Origin: an uncultured Sulfurovum sp. | Lineage (GTDB): Bacteria > Campylobacterota > Campylobacteria > Campylobacterales > Sulfurovaceae | Reading direction: 5' to 3' | Assembly: GCA_902727855.1 (NCBI GenBank) | Contig: CACVAS010000058.1 | Coordinates: 45,029 to 109,028, forward strand | Length of the DNA stretch: 64,000 bases | Shown: positions 10,833-19,048 of the stretch, one piece after another | Layout: every line of letters starts with the position of its first letter | Numbering within the stretch: position 1 is the first letter of the stretch | The notes under the pieces: model-generated | The model's database searches: none | What the model saw: the letters and a program-made list of their open reading frames with translations, nothing else | What the model was told of the DNA's origin: nothing | Made by a program: the position numbers and the translations under genes

Positions 10833-10833
10833 A

Positions 10834-11577
10834 TCATACCTCAATATTCCAATCAAACTTTTGAAATAGTGCTAAAAACATCTCATCTAAAGGTGCCTCT
10901 ATATATAGAGATTCTTCTGTTACAGGATGCACAAATTGTATAGTGTTCGCATGTAAAAGTAGTCTATGACAACCAAACTCTTTTCTAAAAAGCTTATTGT
11001 GTTCACCCCTACCATGTTTGGTATCTCCCACTATAGGATGAAATATGTGTTTCATATGCCTCCGTAACTGATGCTTACGCCCACTCTTAGGTGTCAACTT
11101 TACTAACGAATATCTAGCCATAGGGTAGCGACTGACAGGAAAGGGAAGTTCGACAGTATCTAACCGTTCATAGCGCGTGACTGCCTCTTGTGATTCTTTG
11201 GTAATGCCCAGTTTTTTCTGCTCTTTTGTGTCTAACATCTGTTTTAAGGCATAGTCTATGGTCTCTAATTTTTCGGTGTACCCTCTCACAATAGCCAAAT
11301 ACGTTTTCTCTACCTTACCCTCACGAAAAGCTTCTGACATCTGCTTAGCAACCTGTTTATCTAAAGCAAAGAGTAATACACCTGATGTTGGCTTGTCTAA
11401 ACGGTGTATAGGGTAAACATACTGCCCTATCTGGTCACGCACTTCTTGTAGCGCAAACCTTGTCTCATGTTTATCTATAGGGGACTTGTGTACCAATAAC
11501 CCTGAGGGTTTATTGATGGCTACCATATACGTATCCTGATACAATATTTCTAGGGCTTCGTGTTCTACATTTTGCAT
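10834..11577 (-). CDS. truC: RluA-family pseudouridine synthase, TruC-like
   Basis: NKPSGLLVH, IHRLDKPTSGVLLFA, SGRKHQLRRHMKHIFHPIVGD. Confidence 0.85.
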   Translation of the reverse strand: MQNVEHEALEILYQDTYMVAINKPSGLLVHKSPIDKHETRFALQEVRDQIGQYVYPIHRLDKPTSGVLLFALDKQVAKQMSEAFREGKVEKTYLAIVRGYTEKLETIDYALKQMLDTKEQKKLGITKESQEAVTRYERLDTVELPFPVSRYPMARYSLVKLTPKSGRKHQLRRHMKHIFHPIVGDTKHGRGEHNKLFRKEFGCHRLLLHANTIQFVHPVTEESLYIEAPLDEMFLALFQKFDWNIEV

Positions 11578-11595
11578 AGCCTATTATATCCAATC

Positions 11596-11731
11596 GTAGG
11601 GGGCGATTGCCATCGCACCATTTTAATCGGCATACGTATAAAATTCATAATGCATATATAAATTGATATATGCAAACCCGATTTTTCCATACATGCATGT
11701 TTTGATTGGTGCGATGGCAATCGCCCCCTAC
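11596..11731. repeat. REPIN 1: inverted pair of 24-bp GTAG REPs with 88-bp spacer
   Basis: GTAGGGGGCGATTGCCATCGCACC at 11596-11619 (+) and 11708-11731 (-). Confidence 0.95.
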
Positions 11732-12174
11732 AGGGATGTGTATTTCCATTTTGTATTATTGTCTATCAATCCATGTTTGATTGGATTTTTTTGCATATAT
11801 TCTATACATCTTATATAATCTTTTTCATTTCTAATTGTATGCTCATAGTATCTTTTTTGCCAAATGGGATTCATGCCTTTTTTATGTCTAGCTACAGATT
11901 GTTCAGAATCTATATTTAATTTGATAGAAAAGTTATATTTTATAGCTCTAATAATCTTTGGATATTCATTAGTCACTTGAGGTGTGATAATCATATGTAT
12001 ATGATCTGGCAATACCACAATAGCATCTATATTATAACGATAATACTTTTTACTTTCACGAAAACTCTCTCGCAATGCATCTATATTATCCACCAAGATA
12101 GGATTACGCCTATGTGTAACAATAGTAATGTAGTAACTATGCCCTTCTAAAAAGAGTCTTTTATAAGCTGCCAT
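11728..12174 (-). mobile_element. REP-associated tyrosine transposase (RAYT, Y1 HUH family)
   Basis: YYITIVT, AIVVLPDHIHMI (HUH), IWQKRYYEHTIRNE, YMQKNPIKHGL (catalytic Tyr); flanked on both sides by GTAG REPs. Confidence 0.93.
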
Positions 12175-12233
12175 TTAATATTTTAACCATTAATGAAAAC
12201 ATTTTACAAAAATCTTTCAAATTGACATATTTT

Positions 12234-12368
12234 GTAGGGGGCGATTGCCATCGCACCATTTTCAATCGGCATACCTGTAGCTTCAAATAGATATATAAAT
12301 TGATATGTGTAATCCCAATATCGCCATACATTCATATTTTCATTGGTGCGATGGCAATCGCCCCCTAC
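12234..12368. repeat. REPIN 2: inverted REP pair with 87-bp spacer homologous to REPIN 1
   Basis: REP at 12234-12257 (+) and 12345-12368 (-); spacer shares AATCGGCATAC, AAATTGATAT, CCATACAT. Confidence 0.95.
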
Positions 12369-12394
12369 ATGTGCATATGTATCGTAGCAAAGAG

Positions 12395-13774
12395 TTATTT
12401 TGGTGATTTTAATGCTTGTGTGAGAACTTTGCTTAGATTATTGACCATGAGCTTTTCTCTGTAGCTATTTGTTTCCTTTGGTACGTTTTCTACAGGTTTG
12501 TCTTTACCAAACATTCTTTCTAGTGCACCTTTTTGTAGGGCTTGTGTGAGTGCTTTTATTTCGTCATCACTTACATCTGTTATCTCTGTTTGGGCGAGTA
12601 GTGTTGACTGGAGTACCTCAATGGAACGTCGTTGTGCTTGCATGCTCTCCATGTTTTGTATGTTTTTATTGATTTGGCTTATCGCATAGACAATAATAGA
12701 CATACCAAAAAGCACAGGGGTAGCATAAAAAAGTATAACACCAAATATAGAGCCAAAAGAGACAACCTCTTTGTCTAAGACAGATAAAAACTGACTACTT
12801 CTAGCATCTAGATAATGCGTCAATAATGCATAAATAAAGGTAGATAGAAGCATCATAATCACACCATAAAAAAAGTAATTATGTCGACGCAATTTACTGA
12901 TATTCCGTTCAATGTATGCGTAGGGCTTAAGTATGTGTATGAGTGCATTTTGTATTTTTCTTTGTTGCGTCGCGGCATGGGCTTCAGCTATAAGTTTAGT
13001 TTCTTTTTCATCTTCTAATTTCTCTAGCTTGTTTTGTAGCTCTTGTTTCTCCTTGTCATCTTGTTCTTTTTTTAAAAGCTCTTTCACAACTGTAATCTCT
13101 TGGTCTAAATGTGCAGAGAGAGGCACAGCAATACCTTTAAGATATATTATAGGAAACCCTATTGCTTCTTCCGGGTTTTTAGCATAAGCAATAAATTCTG
13201 AGTTAAAAGATTGGATTTTATCAATAACATTTTTGATAGCAACAACAACAAAAATTAGAACAGTAGCAACAGTAATACCACCACCAACATCAACAACTCT
13301 AATACCAGCATCAACACTAACAACACCAACACCAACACCAACAACACCAACACCAACAACACCAACACCAACACCAACAACACCAACACCAACAACAAAA
13401 GCAGCAACAAAAGTAACAAAAGCAGTAGTATCCTCTAATATATCTTTCTCTATTCCTGCCGTATATAAAGTAAACATAAAAAGAGCAGAGACTATAATAG
13501 CTCCAAAAAATATTAACCAGTAAAAACTTACGCTGATATTGGCATGAGCGACATCTGCACCATGGCATTTTGCTCTACGTAAATCTGCACCACGTAAATC
13601 TACCTCACGTAAGTCAGCATCTCTCAAATAGAAATCTCTTAAATTTGCAAAACGAAGATTTACAGGTGCTTGTTTTGTCTCTTCTCTATACGTGTTCCAC
13701 TCTGTCAAGTCTTGATTTTCAGAACATTTTTTAAGTAAAGCATAGGCTTTTTTGTCATACCATAGTGCCATCAT
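12395..13774 (-). CDS. pentapeptide-repeat, multi-TM, coiled-coil membrane protein of unknown function
   Basis: ANLRD/ADLRE/VDLRG/ADLRR pentapeptides, V/G low-complexity TM block, E/K coiled coil, two further TM helices; AAGGA upstream. Confidence 0.75.
   Translation of the reverse strand: MMALWYDKKAYALLKKCSENQDLTEWNTYREETKQAPVNLRFANLRDFYLRDADLREVDLRGADLRRAKCHGADVAHANISVSFYWLIFFGAIIVSALFMFTLYTAGIEKDILEDTTAFVTFVAAFVVGVGVVGVGVGVVGVGVVGVGVGVVSVDAGIRVVDVGGGITVATVLIFVVVAIKNVIDKIQSFNSEFIAYAKNPEEAIGFPIIYLKGIAVPLSAHLDQEITVVKELLKKEQDDKEKQELQNKLEKLEDEKETKLIAEAHAATQQRKIQNALIHILKPYAYIERNISKLRRHNYFFYGVIMMLLSTFIYALLTHYLDARSSQFLSVLDKEVVSFGSIFGVILFYATPVLFGMSIIVYAISQINKNIQNMESMQAQRRSIEVLQSTLLAQTEITDVSDDEIKALTQALQKGALERMFGKDKPVENVPKETNSYREKLMVNNLSKVLTQALKSPK
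13238..13432. repeat. coding low-complexity triplet tract, (GTT/GGT)-rich on the minus strand
   Basis: 63 of 65 consecutive codons end in T; 13321-13400 contains only A and C on the plus strand. Confidence 0.9.
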
Positions 13775-13822
13775 CTATTCCTTTTATTGGCAATCGTTCT
13801 AAAGAGTATATCAAAAAATCCC

Positions 13823-14070
13823 GTAGGGGGCGATTGCCATCGCACCATTTTAATCGGCATACCTGTATATCCAAATTGATATATGTAAACCCGATTTTGC
13901 CATACATGCATGTTTTGATTGGTGCGATGGCAATCGCCCCCTACATGCATTCAATATTTGTTTTTTGTTTGGGTGTTTTCATTGGTGCGATGGCAATCGC
14001 CCCCTACGTGCATTCAATATTTATTTTTTGTTTGGGTGTTTTCATTGGTGCGATGGCAATCGCCCCCTAC
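13823..14070. repeat. REPIN 3 plus two extra tandem REP units (63-bp period)
   Basis: REP at 13823-13846 (+); REPs at 13921-13944, 13984-14007, 14047-14070 (-) with near-identical 39-bp spacers. Confidence 0.95.
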
Positions 14071-14073
14071 GTA

Positions 14074-14082
14074 TGGTATAAT
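14074..14082 (+). promoter_or_regulatory. extended -10 promoter of smpB
   Basis: TGGTATAAT 26 nt before the smpB ATG, followed by AAGGA. Confidence 0.7.
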
Positions 14083-14108
14083 TCGGTAACTTGATACAAA
14101 GGATTGTG

Positions 14109-14570
14109 ATGGCTATAAACATCGTTGCACAAAACAAAAAAGCCAGACATGATTATGAAATATTAGAAAAATTTGAAGCGGGTATTGTATTGGCTGGTGC
14201 AGAGGTGAAAGCACTGCGTGCCAAACGTGCAAACCTAGCCGATGCTTTTTGTCGGTTTATTCAGGGTGAGCTACACATTATGAATGCACATATTGCGCAC
14301 TTAGAGACAACTAACAGACACTATGTACCAGACACAAGAACGCCTAGAAAGTTACTCTTACATAAAAAAGAGTTAGAAAAACTTTATGTTAAAGTACATA
14401 AAGACGGACTAACTATTGTCCCACTCATGCTCTATTTTAATGAACGTAATTATGCTAAAGTAAGCATTGCTATTGCTAAGGGTAAGAAGCTACATGACAA
14501 GCGCGCAGACATGAAGTCAAAAACCCTAGACAGAGAAGCAAAACAAGCTATGAAAAATAGAGACTATTAA
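14109..14570 (+). CDS. smpB: SsrA-binding protein
   Basis: NKKARHDYEILEKFEAGIVLAGAEVKALR, RKLLLHKKE, AKGKKLHDKR. Confidence 0.97.
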   Translation: MAINIVAQNKKARHDYEILEKFEAGIVLAGAEVKALRAKRANLADAFCRFIQGELHIMNAHIAHLETTNRHYVPDTRTPRKLLLHKKELEKLYVKVHKDGLTIVPLMLYFNERNYAKVSIAIAKGKKLHDKRADMKSKTLDREAKQAMKNRDY

Positions 14571-14582
14571 CAAAGGATAGCC

Positions 14583-15074
14583 ATGCAACATTTACATGAA
14601 CTACTCGAGCCATTTAAAACAGTGACACTTGGGACTATCTCAAACAATGGTTATCCATTCTCCTCTTATGCACCTTTTTATTATGATGAAGAGGTGGTTT
14701 ACATTTTTATATCGAACATTGCAACCCATGCACAAAATATACAAGCAAGACCAAAAGCCTCTGCCTTTTTTATAGAAGATGAGAGTATAACAGACAATAT
14801 GTTTAGAAGAAAACGTATCTCACTGCAATGTGACGTTAGCATGATTCCTAGAGAACACCCTACTTTTGAAACTATTATGCAAGCATTTATAGAAAAACAA
14901 GGCTCTACACTCAACATGCTCATGGGTATGGCAGACTTTAACCTCTACGCACTTACACCCATGTATGGAGAAGCAACCTTTGGGTTTGGGGAAGCCTATA
15001 ACATTGGTGGGGATAAGATGAATCAACTTATTCCTAGAGGTTCTACAAACTCACATGAGAATGCAAAAAAGTGA
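14583..15074 (+). CDS. HugZ/HutZ-like split-barrel (PNPOx-like) protein
   Basis: PFSSYAPF, YIFISNIATHAQNI, FIEDE, GFGEAY. Confidence 0.8.
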   Translation: MQHLHELLEPFKTVTLGTISNNGYPFSSYAPFYYDEEVVYIFISNIATHAQNIQARPKASAFFIEDESITDNMFRRKRISLQCDVSMIPREHPTFETIMQAFIEKQGSTLNMLMGMADFNLYALTPMYGEATFGFGEAYNIGGDKMNQLIPRGSTNSHENAKK

Positions 15075-15986
15075 CTACCTAGCTCTAGCTCTTGTTCTTC
15101 TTTTAGCAAGTAGTATGTTTCTACTATTGAGATTGCTACGACGTTTTTGTATTAACACTTCTCTTTTGTTTGGTACAAGTTTTCTTACTTCTTGTAAACG
15201 GTGCCAAGCAGGTAACCGTTCATACTGTATAAATCTGTAAATAATGTTTTTTATTTTTGTTGCCAAATATTTAAAAAACTTTTTTGTTGGTAGATGAAAT
15301 ATTTTATTTAGCAAAAAATCTATTTTTGTTATAGAACCACTAAAGAAATGGGCAATACGCATAAAGACTTTTTTTAAGTATGGTACCTTTTCTAACCAAG
15401 AGACAAGCCAAGAAAAAATGACTATTTCAACAATAGGTGCTAGCCACGAGTCCCACATATAGTCAGTAAAAAAGTAGATGACTGCAGTACCTAGTTTAAG
15501 TACCCAGGCTAAAAGAAAACTCCAAACCTTTGCAATGAACACCTTCATCGCCAGCATGCTACCCATAAATTTTCCCACAAAACCCAAAGAACTTAGAAAA
15601 ACAAACCCAGCAATGATCTGTTTGACTAAAGGGAAAGTTTTAAAATTCTTTTTTATATAGACTAAAAGACGTTTAATATCATGGGAAATATAATCTAAAA
15701 AATGTATTTTTATATTATGTGTAATAACCTTCTCTATAAGATAACGCTTTCCTAAGCCTGTTGCAGAAAGAAAAAATACTTTCTTTAAAAAAACCATGAG
15801 GATAAACTTACCCTTGACTAGAAAAAAAGCTGCAAAAATACTAAACAGGTGCTCTTTTATAAATAGTCTTGCTTCATCTACAAAATGAAAAATGAAATTT
15901 CGACTAGATGAGACACTTAATAGCACTATACTCACAAATAGAAGAAAAAAAACTAAACCTAAAATAGTGCGTTTGTTCATAGCCAT
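15075..15986 (-). CDS. hypothetical membrane protein
   Basis: 303-aa ORF with several hydrophobic segments, directly following the upstream gene. Confidence 0.7.
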   Translation of the reverse strand: MAMNKRTILGLVFFLLFVSIVLLSVSSSRNFIFHFVDEARLFIKEHLFSIFAAFFLVKGKFILMVFLKKVFFLSATGLGKRYLIEKVITHNIKIHFLDYISHDIKRLLVYIKKNFKTFPLVKQIIAGFVFLSSLGFVGKFMGSMLAMKVFIAKVWSFLLAWVLKLGTAVIYFFTDYMWDSWLAPIVEIVIFSWLVSWLEKVPYLKKVFMRIAHFFSGSITKIDFLLNKIFHLPTKKFFKYLATKIKNIIYRFIQYERLPAWHRLQEVRKLVPNKREVLIQKRRSNLNSRNILLAKRRTRARAR

Positions 15987-16562
15987 CTATTTTTTCAGTG
16001 ATGACTTAAGCGTTTTATACATATCTTTTATTTTTTTTATAAAAGGACTCTCCTTAGAAAAATATTTTAGTTTAAAACGTTGTATCATCTCTTTTAGTAC
16101 TGCTTTAATGGCTTTTAACTGTTGCATGGTCTTCTTGTAAACAGAACGAGATTTCAACCACTCAATGCCACGTATCAACCAATCATAGAGCCATTTAAAC
16201 CACCCAAATTGCATCAGCTTGTCTTCTGTCACCCTAAAGAGCCAAAATGTAAAAGCAGCAATAGGTATTTTAGATACATATAAAACTACCCCAATAAATA
16301 CTTGACCACTTACAAGCAACATACCCGCATAAATTCCCGCAGCTTCTACAATGATAAGAAGTACCGTAAAAATAAACAGTATCACACTTGCATTGGCAGC
16401 TTGTAATTTATGTTCTATTTTTTGTAAGATTTTTAATGAATGGATAGCATCATAAATAGGCTTCGCTATGCCTTCCCATATAAGCTCTTCAAAGAGTATA
16501 TAGACAAGAACAAGTAGTAGTTGTAAAAGTGATATAAGTCTGTTTTTTATAAGTGATAGCAT
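15987..16562 (-). CDS. hypothetical membrane protein
   Basis: 191-aa ORF with TM helices; AGGA and TGCTAAAAT upstream. Confidence 0.7.
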   Translation of the reverse strand: MLSLIKNRLISLLQLLLVLVYILFEELIWEGIAKPIYDAIHSLKILQKIEHKLQAANASVILFIFTVLLIIVEAAGIYAGMLLVSGQVFIGVVLYVSKIPIAAFTFWLFRVTEDKLMQFGWFKWLYDWLIRGIEWLKSRSVYKKTMQQLKAIKAVLKEMIQRFKLKYFSKESPFIKKIKDMYKTLKSSLKK

Positions 16563-16624
16563 ATATAGTCCTAGTTATTTTTTAATAAACTATTTTAGCA
16601 GAATTAAATTGTAAAAAATAAAGA

Positions 16625-16729
16625 TTTCTTGATGATTTATTGTAGATTTGTAGGTTGTTGCGAAGGAGCTTACGTTCAGTAAGTGACTGAACAACTCCTG
16701 CAAAGATGCAATGAAGCAGAACGAAAGAA
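16625..16729. repeat. ERIC-like imperfect palindromic element
   Basis: Central GGAGCTTACGTTCAGTAAGTGACTG resembles the ERIC core; arms TTTGTAGG-TTGTT and AACAA-CCTGCAAA pair. Confidence 0.55.
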
Positions 16730-17089
16730 CTATTTTCTACGAAGTTCTTTGATACGTGCAGCTTTACCTTTAAGTTCTCTAAGGTAAAACAATTTAGCAC
16801 GTCTTACTCTACCTTTTCTAAGTACAGTAATGCTTTCAATTGAATCAGAATAAAGTGGGAAAATTCTCTCTACACCAATAGAGTTAGCACCCATTTTTCT
16901 TACGTTGAATGTTCTACCCGTACCTTGACCTCTAATTGCAATACAAAGACCCTCAAAGTTTTGTACTCTTGTCTTTTCACCCTCTTTAATGTTTACAGCA
17001 ACTCTAAGAGTATCACCTGCTCTAAATTCAGGAACATTTTTGTTTTCTAATTGTGCTTTCTCAAAGCTTTCAATGTATTTATTTCTCAT
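16730..17089 (-). CDS. rplS: 50S ribosomal protein L19
   Basis: [30 protein letters not shown]. Confidence 0.98.
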   Translation of the reverse strand: MRNKYIESFEKAQLENKNVPEFRAGDTLRVAVNIKEGEKTRVQNFEGLCIAIRGQGTGRTFNVRKMGANSIGVERIFPLYSDSIESITVLRKGRVRRAKLFYLRELKGKAARIKELRRK

Positions 17090-17774
17090 GTGTTATACCT
17101 TTTTTGTATAAATCTGGGCGAAAATACTTTGTTTTACACAAAGCAAGCCCTCTTTTTAAGTCCGTGATTTTACTATGATTACCCTTTAAAAGTTCTGAAA
17201 CAACTTCATTACCTTCATAGTTTTTAGGTTTTGTAAAAGAAGGCGCTTCCAATAATGATGATTCAAAACTCTCAATTGTTAAAGAATCACTATTACCTAG
17301 CACTTCGTTTACATTACGTGAAACGGCATCACAGACAACCATACTAGCCAATTCTCCACCAGTTAATATAAAGTCACCTATAGAAAAAACTTCATCCGCT
17401 TGTGCTTCGATTACTCTTTCATCAATGCCTTCATAGCGCCCAGACACAAAAACAATATGCTCTTTTTGAGCCAATCTTTTTGCATCATTTTGTGTAAACT
17501 TTTTAGCTACGGGTGTTAAAAATACAATATGTGCATTAGTAGAATCTTCACGCACTTTTTTTAATGTATCCATTAAAGGTTGTGGCGTCATCAGCATACC
17601 TGCACCACCACCTATCATAGGTGCATCAACTCTATTATGTCTATCGGTTGTAAAGTCTCGTGGATTATAAAAGTTTATAGATATTTTTTTATCTTCAATC
17701 GCTCGTTTTAAAATACTCTCAGAAAAGTACCCTTTAATAAGATTAGGAAAAAGCGTTACAAAAGAAAAATTCAC
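17079..17774 (-). CDS. trmD: tRNA (guanine37-N1) methyltransferase
   Basis: [27 protein letters not shown]. Confidence 0.97.
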   Translation of the reverse strand: MNFSFVTLFPNLIKGYFSESILKRAIEDKKISINFYNPRDFTTDRHNRVDAPMIGGGAGMLMTPQPLMDTLKKVREDSTNAHIVFLTPVAKKFTQNDAKRLAQKEHIVFVSGRYEGIDERVIEAQADEVFSIGDFILTGGELASMVVCDAVSRNVNEVLGNSDSLTIESFESSLLEAPSFTKPKNYEGNEVVSELLKGNHSKITDLKRGLALCKTKYFRPDLYKKGITHEK

Positions 17775-17776
17775 AA

Positions 17777-18304
17777 CTAACTAGCTTCTAATATATCTTT
17801 AGCATCTTTTGTATAGACTATTTTATTATCAATATCTGCTTTTACGATATATCTATCAATATAAGGAAGTAAAAAAGTTTTTGACAACCCAGTACTTGCC
17901 AAGGTAGCATCTGTTGCAATCACAAGGTAATCTGTGTCGCCCATACGCTGGATATCTTCTATTTTTCCCATACTTACACCTGCATCATCAACATCACAGC
18001 CTATGATATCAAACCAAAAGTATTGTCCTTCATTGAGATCACACTGTTCGCGAGTTTGTTCTTCATTGGCATAAATTTTAGTATTTGTAAGTTTTTTAGC
18101 AGAATCAATACTCTCATACCCCACAAAGCGAATAGTACCTCGTTTGATATTCATATCGGACACAGTCAGTTTTCCACGTTCAGTATGATAGGTTGTACCA
18201 ATTTTAAATTGCTCGGCAAAGTCTGTATGAAGATGAAACTTTAGATCACCCCAAAGTCCAATAGTACGCCCTATTTGAGCGATGAGTGCGTTGTCATTTG
18301 ACAT
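17777..18304 (-). CDS. rimM: ribosome maturation factor
   Basis: IGRTIGLWG, QYFWFDIIG, LLPY; position in the rpsP operon. Confidence 0.92.
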   Translation of the reverse strand: MSNDNALIAQIGRTIGLWGDLKFHLHTDFAEQFKIGTTYHTERGKLTVSDMNIKRGTIRFVGYESIDSAKKLTNTKIYANEEQTREQCDLNEGQYFWFDIIGCDVDDAGVSMGKIEDIQRMGDTDYLVIATDATLASTGLSKTFLLPYIDRYIVKADIDNKIVYTKDAKDILEAS

Positions 18305-18312
18305 TAAGCTAG

Positions 18313-18555
18313 TTACTCTGAAGCTTTTACATTAACACGGTAGTTTTTACCACCTTTTGCTTTACATCCAGAGATAACCGTTTTGATTGCATTTATCATG
18401 CGTCCCTGTTTTCCTATAAGCTTACCTACATCTTCGGCATTGGCATATACAGTAATTTCATCAAAGTTTTCATCCATCTCTTTTACTTCAATAGAAATAT
18501 CTTCTGGGTTTTCTACCAAAAGTTTTGTATAAGTCTCTAGGAAATCAGTGACCAT
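18313..18555 (-). CDS. khpA: KH-domain RNA-binding protein (KhpA family)
   Basis: DVGKLIGKQGRMINAIK; between rpsP and rimM. Confidence 0.88.
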   Translation of the reverse strand: MVTDFLETYTKLLVENPEDISIEVKEMDENFDEITVYANAEDVGKLIGKQGRMINAIKTVISGCKAKGGKNYRVNVKASE

Positions 18556-18559
18556 ATAA

Positions 18560-18790
18560 TTATTTTTTACCAGCTAGTCTTTTCACTGTTGGGCTCATTT
18601 GTGCACCAACGCTTACCCAGTAGTTTAGTCTTTCTTCATCAAGTGTAAGATCTTTGTTTGCAGATACTGGGTTATAGTTACCAATGACTTCAATCCAACC
18701 ACCATCTCTTCTTTTTCTGCTGTCTGTTACTACGATTCTGTAAAATGGCTTCTTTTTTCTACCCATTCTTGTCATTCTAATCATTGTCAT
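18560..18790 (-). CDS. rpsP: 30S ribosomal protein S16
   Basis: [23 protein letters not shown]. Confidence 0.98.
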   Translation of the reverse strand: MTMIRMTRMGRKKKPFYRIVVTDSRKRRDGGWIEVIGNYNPVSANKDLTLDEERLNYWVSVGAQMSPTVKRLAGKK

Positions 18791-19048
18791 GTTATATTCC
18801 TTGTGTCTTTTTTATTGTATCTCTTCGTGAAAATCAGCAAAACCAATCTTCCTATTTCATCTCACTAAAGCTTCGCTATTAGCTCAGACGATATGAATGT
18901 TCTCTTCGAGGTAAAAGTGAACATCTTACTATAAAGTACTGACAACTGCTCATTAATGACTTAAAGCACTCATCAACACTTTTGGAACGCGATTTTACCA
19001 TAAAGAGTCTAAAGGGATTATTAAGTGTAAAATACCCTCATAGAAAAA

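Noticed and set aside
13238-13432. Diversity-generating retroelement variable region (NNT from AAT)
   Set aside because: No reverse transcriptase or template repeat in the window; tandem periodicity fits slippage better.
13233-13568. Thr/Pro-rich (+) and Cys/Trp-rich (-) ORFs
   Set aside because: Alternative frames of the GTT/GGT tract in the cargo gene.
13921-14070. CRISPR array (24-bp repeat, 39-bp spacers)
   Set aside because: Spacers are near-identical, the repeat also occurs in inverted pairs around a RAYT, and no cas genes are present.
13765-14094. 109-aa ORF with GAMAIAPY repeats
   Set aside because: It is a translation of REPIN 3 and the tandem REP units, with no independent coding evidence.
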